Assembly (NCBI RefSeq): GCF_004010195.1 | Contig: NC_057755.1 | Coordinates: forward strand, 5,873,474 to 5,937,473 | Direction of reading: 5' to 3' | DNA from: Chiloscyllium plagiosum | Lineage: Eukaryota | Length of the DNA stretch: 64,000 nucleotides | Shown: positions 1 through 12,584 of the stretch, piece by piece | Layout: each line of letters begins with the position of its first letter | How positions within the stretch are numbered: the stretch's first letter is position 1 | The notes under the pieces: model-generated | Told to the model about the DNA's origin: nothing | Databases searched by the model: none | What the model saw: the letters and a program-made list of their open reading frames with translations, nothing else | Translations under genes and position numbers: made by a program

Positions 1-330
1 AGTGACTCAGAGATAGAGAGTAGAATAAAGTCTGTGATTTAACTGTTCATAGTATCGGGCAGTTTCATTCTTCTGTGGCTGACGTATGTTGTAGAATTTT
101 TATATTGTAATATGACAGTAACGGACCATAAGGATTACACAGAGTCAGAAAACATTTTTGAAAATGTTGGTGATATGCTTCAGGTTTTGAAGTGCTGCAC
201 AAACACAATTATTTATGGGGTGTCTCAGTCTAAGTTTAGAGAAGAGTTAACAACGTTGGTGAAATTTCCAATTACATTAATCAATGAACTGATTCATGAA
301 CAAAACTGGACCATCTCAGAGGCGTATTGA
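1..330 (+). pseudogene. GPCR copy 1: GPR139-like class A receptor, 3' part (ICL3-TM6-TM7-helix 8); 5' part lies outside the window
   Basis: Frame 1 reads SDSEIESRIKSVI*LFIVSGSFILLWLTYVVEFLYCNMT...MLQVLKCCTNTIIYGVSQSKFREEL. In-frame TAA at 40-42. The same ExESRRKS/SGSFILLW and CCTNTxIY motifs recur in the other copies. Confidence 0.85.
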
Positions 331-469
331 AATTCTTCCACATTATGAATGAGGTATGTAACTCATTCTCAAAAGTGAACCACACCGATAAGTAACAGGC
401 ATTGTTTAATCTACTTTGTGTGGAGATACATTAGAAAGTTAGAAGAACGGAGCTATTTTATGAAGCATT

Positions 470-682
470 CTCTATGTGTGACTGTGTGTTTGTGTGATTG
501 TATGTGTACGTGTGAGAGAGATACTGTGTCTGAAGATGCATCAGGAGAGTATTTTGTGCATCTGTCTGTGTGCATTTCCGCATGTGAATGTATGTGTGGT
601 TATATGTGCATGTATGTCTGTACGTGTGTGTGTGTGTGTTTATAAGTGAGTGTCTGTGTGTGTCTATACACGAGTGTGTGAG
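470..682. repeat. degenerate (TG)n microsatellite region
   Basis: Runs of tgtgtg with interruptions. Confidence 0.8.
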
Positions 683-1129
683 ACAGTGTTTACCTTGTGA
701 TGAGTCATCAAGTTGCAAAATTAGTCACGTTACACAGAACTAAAGGGATAATTGCAGCTGACATCTCACCCATATATAGGGATATATACATATATATATA
801 ATTTTAGACATGCTTTTAAAGACTGTTTTCTTTTTATTTCCAACGAAAAATCATTGCTCTCTGACCATCCATATCCAGATGGTGCTGAGGGCGATTCCTG
901 TGGCACAAGACGATGGTAAGGGCTTCAGTACATTTATGGATCATGATCAACTGATTCCTACAGTTCTGGTGTATGAGTTGGTGATTTCACGGAGCAGGAG
1001 CGATGTTGTCTCTTCAGGCCCTCTCTGTCATTCCCTAATGTCACAGTTAACTGTGGTTTCCCTGATTTTTATGTTTCCATCTGTTGATGATAATATTCGA
1101 TTCCTTAACTTGACAAGACTTTGTGTAAA

Positions 1130-1329
1130 TTTAGATCAGATTGCCTACAGTCAGGAAACAGGTCATTTGGCGCAACAAGTCCATACCGACGCTCTGAATA
1201 GTAACTCACCCAGACCCATTCCCATAGCCTGTGTTCATACCTGACCATTACACCTAAAACTATGGGCAATTTGGCATGACCAATTCACCTGACCTGCATG
1301 TCTTTGGATTGTCAGAGGAAACCGGAGCA
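1130..1329 (-). mobile_element. HE1/V-SINE-like fragment (3' half)
   Basis: Reverse complement matches the SINE at 15661-15958 (ccggtttcct...tccaaagacatgcaggtcaggtgaattgg...ttgccc). Confidence 0.75.
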
Positions 1330-1334
1330 AATAG

Positions 1335-2015
1335 CAAAGAACAAAGAACAAAGAAAATTACAGGACATGAACTGGCCCTTCGGCCCTCCAACCCTGCATT
1401 GATTCACATCCTCTATCTCAACTGCACACTATGTTCGAAAGAACTGTATCCATTTGCTCGCTGCCCATTCATATATCTGCCTGGATATATCCTCAATGAT
1501 GCTATTGTTTGCGCCTCTACTAACTTCGCCCCTACTACCTACTGCATAATGACATTTCTGCATGTATCTCCCCTAAACGTTTCCTCTCTCAGTTTGAACT
1601 CGTGACCCCCAGTAATTGAGTTCCACACTCTGGGAAAACGTTTCTCGCTTTCCACCATATCTAGACCCCTCGTGACTTTGTAGACCTCAATCAGGCACTC
1701 CCCCCTACTGAAAATAATCCTAATATCTTCAACTCTCCTCCCAGTTAGTGCCCTCTATGCCAGGCAGCATCCTCACGAATCTGATCTGCATAGTCTCCAA
1801 AGCATTCATTTGGTAATGTGGTGATCAGAACTGGGCACAATATTGCAAACGCGGCTGAACCAACGTCCGAAACAACTGTAACATGACCTGCCAACTCTTG
1901 TAATCAACACCCCTTCCAATGAAGGAAAACATGCCTTGTGAATTCTTGACCACTTTACTCAACTGCGTTGCCACCTTCAGGGTGCAAAGGACCTGAACAC
2001 CCACATCTCTCTGTA
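1335..2015 (-). mobile_element. CR1 LINE 3' fragment, decayed
   Basis: (AGAACAA)n tail at about 1335-1355 followed by the reverse complement of a CR1 ORF2 C-terminus. Confidence 0.7.
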
Positions 2016-2122
2016 ATCACTCAGGTCTCTCAGTATCTGTCTACTAGCATTTTAGAAATGATCAATGATTCCACAGCCACTGACTTCTGAGACAGAGAGA
2101 AAACCTCAGAGATAAACGAACT

Positions 2123-2394
2123 TGTCTCACACAGTGCGAAGAACCCGTGTTCGATTCCAGCCTCGGGCGACTGTCTACGTGGAGTATGCACATTCTCCCA
2201 GCGTCTGCATGTATTTCCTTTGGGTGCACCGGTTTCCTCCCACAGTCCAAAGATGTGGTCAGGTAAATTGCCCATAGTGTTCGTCAGGTTTAAATGCAGG
2301 GGAATAGTAATCGGTGGGTTACTCCTTGGAGGGTCGTTGTTAACCTGTTGGGCCAATTAGACTGTTATCATACAAGAAGCAATCTAAACTAATC
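2123..2394 (+). mobile_element. HE1/V-SINE-like element
   Basis: B-box gttcgattcc, V-domain ggagtatgcacattctccc...ccggtttcctcccacagtccaaagatgtg, tail aatctaaactaatc. Confidence 0.8.
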
Positions 2395-2507
2395 ACTTGT
2401 TGCATGTGCCTTCCAAGTTAATGTATCGCATACTGGAATACCCTGATCTATCTGTACTGAACAATTTTGCAATATTTATATCGCACTTTTAAATTCTTCC
2501 TCCTGTC

Positions 2508-4545
2508 TTCAGGAACAGTTGTTGCGAGTGATGCACAAATGCGTTCCTCTGAGACAGGCAAGAAGGGGTAAGATAAATGAACCTTGGATGACGAGAGCAG
2601 TGGAGCTTCTTGTCAAACGAGAGAAGGCCACTTACACAAGGTAGAGGAAGCAATGGTCTTGCTCAGCTCTAGAGGATTACAGGCAGGCTAGGAAGGAGCT
2701 CAAAAATGGTCTGAGGAGAGCCAGGAGGGGGCACCAAAAAGGCTTGGCAGGAAGGAGTGGGAGAATCCAAAGGCATTTTACACGTAAGAGAATGATCAAA
2801 GAAAGAGTAGGGGTGATCAGGGAAAGCATAGGGAACTTGTGTATAAAATCTGAGGAGGTAGTGGAAGCCTTAAATCAGTTTTTTTGTTTCTGTCTTTACT
2901 GAAGAAAAAGACCTTGTACTGAATGAAACCATTGAGGAGCAGGTAAGCATGCTGGAACGGCTAAAATTTGAGGAACCTGATGTGCTGAAACCTTTGACAA
3001 ACATTAAGATTGACAAGTCACCAAGACCAGACCAGATTTGTCCTCGGCTGCTTTGGGAAGCGAGACATATGGTTGCTTCATCCCTTGCGAAGATCTTTGC
3101 ATCCTCGCCCTCCACCGGAGTCGTACGTGAGGACTGGAGGGAGGCAAATGTAATTCCTCTCTTCAAGAAAGTAAATAGGGAGGTGCCCGGCAATTACAGA
3201 CCAGTCAGTCTCACATCTGTCATCTGCAACATGTTAAAACGGAATCAGAGGAATTGGATTTATGACCATCTGGAAGAGCATGACTTGATTAAAGGCAGAC
3301 AACACGGCTTTGTGAGGGGCAGGTCATGCCTCACAAATCTTATTGAGTTATTTGAGGATGTTACTAGACAAGTTGGTGAGGGTCGAGCGGTGGATGTGGT
3401 TTATCTGGACTTCAGTAAGGCATTTGATAAGGTTCCCCACGGTAGGCTCGTTCGGAAGGTCAGGAGGAATGGGATACGGCGAAATTTAGCTGTCTGGATA
3501 CAGAATTGGCTGGTCGACAGAAGACAGTGAGTGCTCGTGGAAGGAAGGTATTCTGACTGGAAGTTAGTAGTGAGTGGTGTTCCACAGGGCTCTGATATTG
3601 GGTCTTTACTCTTTGTAATTTTTATTAATGACTTGGATGAGGAGATTGAAGAATGGGTGAGCACGTTTGCATACACACGAAGGTTGGAGGTGTCGTTGAC
3701 AGTATAGAGACTGTTGTAGGCTGCAGCGTGACAGTGACATGATGCAGAGATGGGCTGAGAGGTGGCAGATGAAATTCAACCTGGATAAATGGGAAGTAAT
3801 GCATTTTGGAAGGTCGAATTTGAAAGTTGAGTACAGGATTAAAGACAGGATTCTTGGCAGTGTGGAGGAACAGCGGGATCTTGGTGTGCAGGTACATAGA
3901 TCCCTTAAAATTACCACCCAGGTGGACAGGATTGTTAATAAAGCATATGGTGTTTTGGCTTTCATTAACAAGGGGATTGAGTTTAAGAGCCGTGAGATCT
4001 TGTTGCAGCTCTATAAAACTTTGGTTAGACCGCACTTGGCATACTGTGTCCACTTCTGGTGGCCTTATTATAGGAAAGATGTGGATACTTTGGAGAGGGT
4101 TCAGAGGAGGTTTACCAGGATGCTGCCTGGAATGGAGGGCTTATCTTACGAAGAGAGGTTGACTGTCATTGTAAAAAAGAAGAAAGAGAGGGGACCTAAT
4201 TGAGATGTACAAGATAATGCGAGACATAGATAGAGTTGATAACCAGAAACCTTTCCCAGGCCGGAATTGTTAACACGAGGGCTCATAGTTTTAAGTTGTT
4301 TTGTGGAAAGTATAGAGGGGATGTCAGAGGCGGGTTCTTTACGCAGAGAGTTTTGAGAGTATAGAATGCGTGGCCAGCAGCAGTTGTGGAAGTCATTGGG
4401 GATATTTAAGAGACTACTGGACATGCATATGGTCACAGAAATTTGAGGGTTCGTACATTAGGTTTACCTTAACATGAGGATCAATGGTCGCCACAACATC
4501 ATGGGCTAAAAGGCCTGTTCTGTGCTGTACTGTTCTATGTTCTAT
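2508..4545 (+). mobile_element. CR1 LINE, 5'-truncated, disrupted RT ORF2
   Basis: ORFs 2949-3530 and 3739-4203 carry PGNYRPVSLTS, QHGFVRGRSCLTNL, YLDFSKAFDKVPH and LYKTLVRPHL. Ends in a (TTCTATG)n tail. Confidence 0.95.
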
Positions 4546-5179
4546 ATTTATATTCTCCCAAATTATCCACTGTCTGCCAGATATTTTCCGTCTCACTCTC
4601 TCCATCCCTGCAGCTCTTCATACTTCTTATCATTGCAAAAGGCTTCGTAAGCTATCATCGAGTCATAGAGATGTCCATCACGGAAACAGAACCTTCAGTC
4701 CAACTTGTCCATGCCAAAAGATCATTATCATAATCAGAGAGTCATACAGCAGAGTGGAGACCCTTGACCCCATAGAGTTTGTGTTTATCTAACTGCAGTA
4801 ATCCCACTCTCCAGAACTTGGCCTACAGCCTTCAATGCTGTGACATTCCAAGTGCTCACCAGGTACCTTTTACCGATTATGATGTTTCCTGCTTGTGTTG
4901 CCCTCTAAGACAATCCATATCAGACTCCTACCACCTTTGAGTGGAAACACTCTTTTCAATCTTCTCCAAACCTCCTGAGTTTCACATTAAAACAATGCTG
5001 CTTGTCATTACCCGTTCAACTAACTAGAACAGCTGCTTTCTATCTGCCCTGTCACAGAGTCCGGTAGCACGGAAACAGGCCCTTTGGCTCGAACGTGTCC
5101 ATGCCGCCGAATATGTCCTTCCACACGAACCCCATTTCCCTGAACATGGCAGTACATTGTAGGAGACTAGGGCAGGGTG

Positions 5180-5560
5180 TGTGGATCTTCTACAGGTGCA
5201 TAAGATGACGAGAGGCATGAATAGGGCGAATGTACACAGTATTTTTCTTAAGGGTGGTGATTCGAGGACAAGAGGGCAACATCTTAAGGTTAGAGGGGAA
5301 ACAATGAAAGGGAACCTGAGGAGCAACATTTTTTACACAGAGTGTGGTATGCACATGGAATGAGCAGCCAGTGGAAGTGGCTGAGGCGGGCACTATATCA
5401 ACATTTAAAAGGCATTTGGACAAATGCATGTTTAGGAAAGGATTAGAAGTATGTGGAAAAAGTACAGGGAAATAAGGTCAGTGTGGACTGACATTTTGAT
5501 CGGCATGGATCCGTTTGGGTAGATGGGCTTGTTTCCGCGCTGTAGGACTCTGGCTCGATG
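5180..5560 (+). mobile_element. CR1 3' end, decayed
   Basis: SRTRGQHLKVRGE...RSNIFYT, typical of the CR1 ORF2 C-terminus, plus 3' UTR. Confidence 0.75.
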
Positions 5561-6359
5561 ATACTGACAACGTTAGGCAGCATTGTAGACAGTGCATATA
5601 GTATCATCAAATTATAAAGGGAGATTCATAGACTGGATTTATGGGCAAAAGAATAGGGTTCTCTGACTCTTTATTAATGTCCAAGTCTGTTTGGAAATCC
5701 ACTGCATTTAACTTCATACCATGTAGAAAGTACCTTCATCTATCCTTTCTCAATTGGCGTATGTGTATCCCTACGGATCTGTTGAAAGTCATCCATCCAT
5801 TGACAGCTCTAGATATGTTTAAAGAAGGTCCCTTGGTGTAAACGTGTTGTATCAGTTTGAGGCACTGCAATTGACCGAGCTTCTACGTGGAATGGGACTT
5901 CGAATTGATGTAAAATGTGTTATTGACTGGATGTGGCACAAGATAATCACAGAGAATTCATTTTATTGTGATAAATTCATGCTGATTTTTATACAGTGCA
6001 GTGAAATCCTGGAAGGCTGTGGAGACATGTAGCTGCCTGAAAGTATTGCAATGGTGAAAGTTTCATGTTCATTGAAGCTTTTCACAGAAAGAATATTGGG
6101 AGCACAGGTGGGACTGAGATATGTGAGTCTGTCTGAGATCGAGCGCGCAATTAGCAATGAAATTGAGGGAAGAATGCAATCTCCAATGTACATCAGATCA
6201 TTAACACAGAGCGAGACGTATATAAGACCAAACGTTATAGGAGCAAGTGAGGCCACGCAGCCCATCGAAGCTGATCTGAAATTCCATCATGGCTAATATG
6301 TTTCCAAAGTCCATTCTCCTGCGTCTACCCAAAATCCTTGGTCACCTTTCTAAGGAAGT

Positions 6360-6797
6360 CCGTTACTGGGACTGGAGGGTGTTATTCTTAGCGAGAGGTT
6401 GGACAGGTTGTGGCTATGCATCATGGAGAATAGGAAGTTTATGTAATCATGAGTGGCATTGATAGAGTGAATGGGCAAGAGTACCCTTTTCCCCAGGGTA
6501 GAGGAGACCAAAATGAGAAGGTGTAGTTTTAAGTTGTGAGTGGAAAGACTTAAAAGGGACATGAGGGGCAACATTTTTCTCACAGGGAGTGGTGTGTATA
6601 TGGAACAAACTGCCAGAGGAAGTGATCCAGTTGAGTATAATTCGAGATTTTAGGAGACTTTTGGATTGGTACATGAATAATAAAGTTTAAAGTAATAGTG
6701 GTCCAAATGCAGTCCAAAGGGAATAAGTTAGTTAAGAAAACCTGGTCAGCATGGACGAGGTTTTTTTTTCAATGCTCTATGATTCGATGACTCTATA
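6360..6797 (+). mobile_element. CR1 3' end, decayed
   Basis: Homologous to 4130-4545; tail tctatgattcgatgactctat. Confidence 0.7.
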
Positions 6798-6953
6798 AGT
6801 GCAGTATTTGGAACAATGATTCGAAACCCACAGCAAAATATGTTCGGCCAAGTTTTGGTTTTAATTGGATGTCGTAATCTCTGCGTTAATTACAGGCATG
6901 AAATTGAACTTGCGATGTCGCAACCACTCTGTGCCACTGGCAATTCTACGGGG

Positions 6954-6959
6954 TATAAA
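6954..6959 (+). promoter_or_regulatory. possible TATA box of GPCR copy 2
   Basis: TATAAA about 80 nt upstream of the exon-1 ATG at 7035; positional evidence only. Confidence 0.3.
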
Positions 6960-7034
6960 TCCAACTCTCTGAGAATGTGCTGCCTCAGAGATTACCCCCA
7001 GCAGCAAACGGAATGGAACTGTTGATGGAAAATT

Positions 7035-9221
7035 ATGCCAATATTTTCTGTGGTCAGGAAAGTCTATTACTTGATGCTTGCCATCATTGGTGTTCCCAGT
7101 AAGTGTATGGTATAATGAGTTGCATGATCTTTTCTTTCAGTAAGCCTCTTTGTTTGTATGTGGTGAGGAATAAGATTGACAGGACATGTCAGTAAGGAAG
7201 AGCAAACTGGAAGAAAGGCACCGAGATTTGTTTGCTGGCACAAAAGAGTCCAAAACAAAAAAAAAAGTGTCTGTCCTAATGACAGGGTAACGGAAGTGAA
7301 TAGTATGCAGCAAAGAGAATCTGAGAGGGATAGAATAACTGGGAGAAATCCTCTTCCTTATCAGTATTTCTGATTCGTAGACTGAGGGATGAGATCCTGT
7401 ACAGCGAGGAGTTAGGAGGGGGATAAAATATGAAGTATAAAATACAAGCATAAGAAAGTGTATTTGTATTCATTGTTGGATTGCTGGTGCCATTGGCTGA
7501 ACCCAACATTTATTGTCTGCCCTGAGTTGCCCTTGAGCGGGTGGAAGTGAGCTGTCTTCGTGAGCCACTGCAGTCCATGTGCTGTCTGTAGACCAACAAT
7601 GCCCTCAGCCATGGAAATCCAGGATTTCAACCCAGCGACCATTAAGGAATGACCAATCATTTCTCAGTGGTGGTAGTTTGGACGGAAGGTAGTTTTCCCA
7701 AGTGTCAGATGCTCTCGTCGTTTTCGATTGAAGTGGTCTTGGGCCTGGAAAGTGCTGCCTGAGGATCTTTGGTGAGTTTCTGCCGTGAAAAACAGCCTGG
7801 GTTATGCCAGAATATTTTGTGCAAGATGGAACATGCTGCTGCTAATGAGCCTCCGTGAGGAACGGAACGAAGTTAAAGGTGACAGATGAAGGCCAACAAA
7901 TATTATACTTTGACAGAGATAGGAAAGGATTGTTGTGTGTGTTTGGACCTGCAACAGGAGAGGAATAAATATCTATGGGAACAGCAGTGTGATGATCAAT
8001 CAAATATTCCATGTAATCAAGAGGTCCACATAATCAATGTAAAAATAAGCACTATGTAATTAAAACAGTAATGCGGACAGGATACATACCTCTGATACAT
8101 CATAAATCCCTGAAACGATAATTCGACTTTTTTCTTTACAAAAACACTTCCTGGCAGAGAGCCTGTCAACTATACATTGGACTTTGTGCTATTTGGGGAG
8201 AAATTGATTCAAAACTGAAATAACTTCTGATATTTCGTTGACTATTTAATTGAATATGAAATATATTAACATTGAGGTAATTAAATGAAAAAAGCTACAA
8301 TAATTGGACAGAGTAATGCAGTTCATTTCACTGTATTTAAGGTATATAAGATTTCTGGTTTATCGAGTGCGCTAATTCATAAGGTTCCAGTTACAGCAAG
8401 GTTCGTTATATTGAAATTAGCAGTCCCAGTGATGTTTTACATCCAAACTCAGTAAAATTATGTCATGGGTATTTTGGACTGAACCTGGGCTCCGAGATTT
8501 GATGATTTAAATGTAACTTGTTTGCACCAACCGGACGTTCATGCCTTAAGCGTTGTGATTTGATGTAACATGTATGTTGCACTTGTAGCTTACAGTATAT
8601 TTTTCTTTACTTCTTCCTCACATGCAGTTAATTTATTGGCAATTGCCATTCTATCCCGAGGAAGATGTGGCCTATCTTCATGCACCACACGCTATCTGAT
8701 AGCAATGGCAATAGCCGATCTCCTGGTCGTGGTAAATGAGTTCATACTGACACAAGTCAATCACTATTATTTTCATGTATCTTACCTGAACATCACTCCT
8801 GTGTGCAGTGTTATCTATGTGCTGAGTCGTGCAGCCAGAGACTGTTCAGTCTGGTTCACTGTCACTTTTTCCTTTGATCGATTTGTAGCTATTTGTATCC
8901 AGAAGCTCAAAACAAAATATTGCAAAGCGAAAATTGCCGCTCTGGTTCTGTCAACAACTTGCATTCTGCTCTGCGTCAAGAATATCCCCTTCTATGTGAC
9001 ATTTCAACCTCGAAAGATCATTAACAACGTCCCATGGTTCTGTGAGATAAAGTCGTTCTGTACATATCTTCCTACACGTTGGGCTTATGTTGGTGGGTTT
9101 AAGTTGCTGCACAAACACATTTATTTATGCAGTGACTCAGTCCAAGTTCAGAAACGAGTTCAAAACTGTGTTGAGATATCCAGTTAAATTATTGACACTG
9201 TTCATCAATAAAGAGAACTAG
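7035..9221 (+). pseudogene. GPCR copy 2: two-exon GPR139-like receptor, join(7035..7098, 8628..9221), with TM5-TM6 deleted
   Basis: Exon 1 MPIFSVVRKVYYLMLAIIGVP+A ends at a gtaagt donor (7099). A pyrimidine tract plus cag acceptor (8625-8627) is in matching phase 1. Exon 2 reads (I)NLLAIAILSRGRCGLSSCTTRYLIAMAIADLL...TPVC...FSFDRFVAIC...NVPWFC, then jumps near 9060 into another frame: HIFLHVGLMLVGLSCCTNTFIYAVTQSKFRNEF...KEN* (TAG 9219-9221). Confidence 0.9.
7480..7900 (-). mobile_element. old non-LTR retrotransposon 3' end (CR1/L2-group, distinct from the main CR1 family), in the intron of copy 2
   Basis: Reverse complement resembles the 3' ends at 17790-17895 and 22320-22390 (gcagctcac...tcaagggcaact...aataaatg). 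Confidence 0.55.
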
Positions 9222-10494
9222 GGGCCATACAGAAACAAGAGTCATCTTTTTCTAACACGGGGAAATTCGATTCATTTTCTATCTTGTTCAATTCTCTGCA
9301 TACACTTGAGTCTAGAAGAGCTATTGAACCCTGGAAAGCCCCAGCGCCTGTCGTTAGTGATGGAGTGCAATCTCTTCCCTTTAGACCAGAACACTAAACA
9401 AAGATGGGTGAGTGTTCAAGAATTAAACATATAAAGACTAGAGGTAAAGGACTGATGGAGTGAAGTAGTTATCTGCTTGTCTAATGGTGATCGTTTAACC
9501 ATCATCGTAAAACCCATCTGTTTCACTGATGTTAGTTTGGTAAGGAAGTCTTTAACTGATAAGGTCAATTTACCTTCAGAGATTGGCTTCAATGTGTTTG
9601 ACTGTTCTCTGCTGTCGAAGCTAATGGGGAACCCAAAAAAATATTGACTTGCTCATGACCTCGGTATCCCGTAAATGAAGATTTAAAAAAGGAAAGTACA
9701 GCAAATGACCAGGATGAAATCCTCAATGGTCCGTGGTCAGTTAATGCAGTGGTATAGGATGTCACATCATGTCAAGGCGAGAGTTATTGTTTCCTTTTGA
9801 TTACAACGAAGGGGTCTGGAGTGTTACCAGGTTTCTGAGTATCTGGAGGGATCTGTCAGTCAGAGAAATCCAAGCTATTCCTTCCCTAGTCATAAAATCA
9901 CACAAAACAAAGGAGACCCTTTGGCTCATCGGTTGTGTGACAGCAAAAACTATACTGTGCCTGCATTATCCTATTATCAAGCACATGAACCATCAGTTTT
10001 CCCTATTGAACATTATTCAGAGATACTCCCCCAACAATGGATTTTACTTTTAAGGATACACCATTACTAAGAATAGAATTGCATTACAAATGTTTTACTC
10101 CATGAATCGAATAAACGTAGTAAGTTTTCTATGTTCATTCAGTTTGAATTCGAGCTCCTCGCATCTGCATAGCTGGAAAGAAAACGCTCTGACAATGCAG
10201 TGGACACTGGCCCTCTCCCAGTGTGAACTGAAGACTGTCTATTGCAGCAGAACTGGTCATAAATCCATCTCCAATCCAGAGGCACGCTTGACAACGCCAC
10301 CTCTCTCTCTCTTTCACTCTCCTTCACTTGCTGCAAACCTGAGGTCTGTGTCAGTGCACTCTGGGAATTTGATGAGTCCCTGAATAATTCCCGGGCCTAC
10401 ACTCCCCACTTCCCTAAATGATATATAAAATAATCATGCGCATTCGTAGAAACAGAAGCTATCTTCTCCTCTCTTTCTTACAGCTATCCCATTA

Positions 10495-11219
10495 AGGATT
10501 AAGGATAGGATGCTTGCCAGTGTGGAGGAACAGAGGGGTCTTGAAGTGCAGATACATAGATCCATTCAAATGGCCACCCAAGTGGACAGGGTTGTTCAGA
10601 AAGAATATGGTGTTTTGGCTTTCATTAACAAGGAGATTGAGTTTAAGAGTCGTGAGATCTTGTTGCAGCTCTATAAAACTTTGGTTAGACCGCACTTGGA
10701 ATACTGCGTCTAGTTCTGGTCGCGCTATTATAGGAAAGATGTGGAAGCTTTGGAGAGGGTTCAAATGAGGTTTACCAGGATGCTGCCTGGACTGGAGGGT
10801 TTATCTTATGAAGAGAGTTTGACTGAGCTCGGATATTTTTCATTGGAGAAAAGGAGGAGGAGAGGGGAACTAATTGAGGTATACAAGATGATGAGAAGCA
10901 TAGATAGAGTCGATAGCCAGAGAGTATTTCCCAGGGCAGAAATAGCTAACACGAGGGGTCATAGTTTTAAGATGGTTGGCGGAAAGTATAGAGGGGATGT
11001 CAGAGGCGGGTTCTTTACACAGATAGTTATGAGAGCATGGAATGCGTTGCCAGCAGCAGTTGTAGAAGCAAGGTCATTGGGGACATTTAAGAGACTGCTG
11101 GACATGCATATGGTCACAGACATTTGAGGCCACATACATGAGGATCAATGGTCGGCACAACACCGTTGGCTGAAGCGCCTCTTCTGAGCTGTACTGTCCT
11201 ATGTTCTATGTCTATGTTC
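10495..11219 (+). mobile_element. CR1 3' fragment, same subfamily as 2508-4545
   Basis: Long near-identical stretches shared with 3835-4545 (e.g. tttaagag.cgtgagatcttgttgcagctctataaaactttggttagaccgcacttgg); TTCTATG tail. Confidence 0.93.
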
Positions 11220-11229
11220 AATTATATTT

Positions 11230-11600
11230 GTAAACTGATATTCTACTCGCTGCAAAGTCTATGTATCTTTCCTATCGTGTGGATCCCAGAACTGCTTATC
11301 AGCAGTCAAATGGGGACTAACCACGGTCGTGAAGAACTGCAGTATATCTTCTGCATTCTTGCACCTAAATCGTTTACATATAAATGCTGGAATACCAGAA
11401 ACATCGATGATTTTATTCTGCGCCTATTTGGGGCATTGTTAAGGTCTGTGCACTTGTGGCTTAACGTCTGATTTTGGACATCCACTGTATTTAAATTCAC
11501 GGAAACGAGAAAGTGCCCTGAACTGTCCTTTCTCACTCCAAAATTAATAAACTCACACTCGCTTATATTGAACTCCACCTTTCACTGTTTTGCCCATTCA
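11230..11600 (-). mobile_element. ancient CR1 fragment
   Basis: ORF 11306-11578 MEFNISECEFINFG resembles CR1 MxFNxxKCEVMHFG. Confidence 0.6.
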
Positions 11601-12584
11601 TCTGCTTCCTCAGTTCAGGACGGTAGCTCACCACCTCTTCCTCAAGAGCACCCTCAAGCTAGCAACACCCAAGTCCCAGGCATCAATAATTATTAAAAAT
11701 TACAGCCTGTGTAATGACTGTGGCCTTACTCCCACATTTGTCCCTCCAGAGTATCAACTCATTAATCACTGTTTCTCCTCTTATCTTTGAGACATCTGTA
11801 AAACAGTACATCTGTAATCACAAGTACACTGGGAAGGAAATTCTCCATTTTTTCAGCAACTCTCTGTCGCACTGATCTGTCACTTAGTTATCAGTCCTCC
11901 CCACGTTTGGTCTTGCAGAATTAAAAAGGGAGGAATGAATGGATTCATTCAGCCCAATGCACATGGGTTTGTCAAGAGATTTTCGAATCAGGCTACTTCC
12001 ATTCTGAAGAAGGGTAATTGAAACTGAAACATTAACTCTGATTTCGAGCCACAGATGCTTGCAGAAAAGGTGAGCGTTTCCAGTAGTTTCTGCTCTTATT
12101 CCCATTTTAATCGTTGAGGGTGCTCTTTAACGGAAATGGTTCACTCCTCCCTTCCAGATGAAAGGAATGGACGGAGAATAGAAACTGCGTTCACCACAAA
12201 CCAACAGATTGCTTCACTGTGTTTGATAGAGTAGAGATGTGTCTCATTCTCATCAGAGAAAATGAGACAATTGTGACAGTAACCATGCTTCGTGTAATTT
12301 CCATTCCTGAGGAGCTTTCCCTTGTCCACACCTGCTTGGAGTGCTTCGTTGTATGTTTTCACAAGGAATTGATACAGAAACATGTATCCCATCAAACATT
12401 GTGACATATTGAACTCCCAACTGTTTCCAATCCATTAAAATTTGTTACAATATTCACAATGCTTGCCAATTGTTTCTTGATAATATTCATCAACCTCAAT
12501 AAAGTTATCAAAAACGTGTTGATCATTTATATCACTTGTAATTCTTTCTAAATTCTCATGATCCTTTATACAACACCTTACAAT

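Noticed and set aside
418..718. Cys/Val-rich and His/Thr-rich ORFs
   Set aside because: Translations of a TG microsatellite.
2870..4436. Several antisense and alternative-frame ORFs over the CR1 copy
   Set aside because: Typical shadow ORFs of CR1 ORF2 with no independent evidence.
8570..9187. 205-aa ORF as an intact single-exon GPCR
   Set aside because: Its N-terminus is intron (pyrimidine tract) and its C-terminus is out of frame after the deletion; only TM1-TM4 are real.
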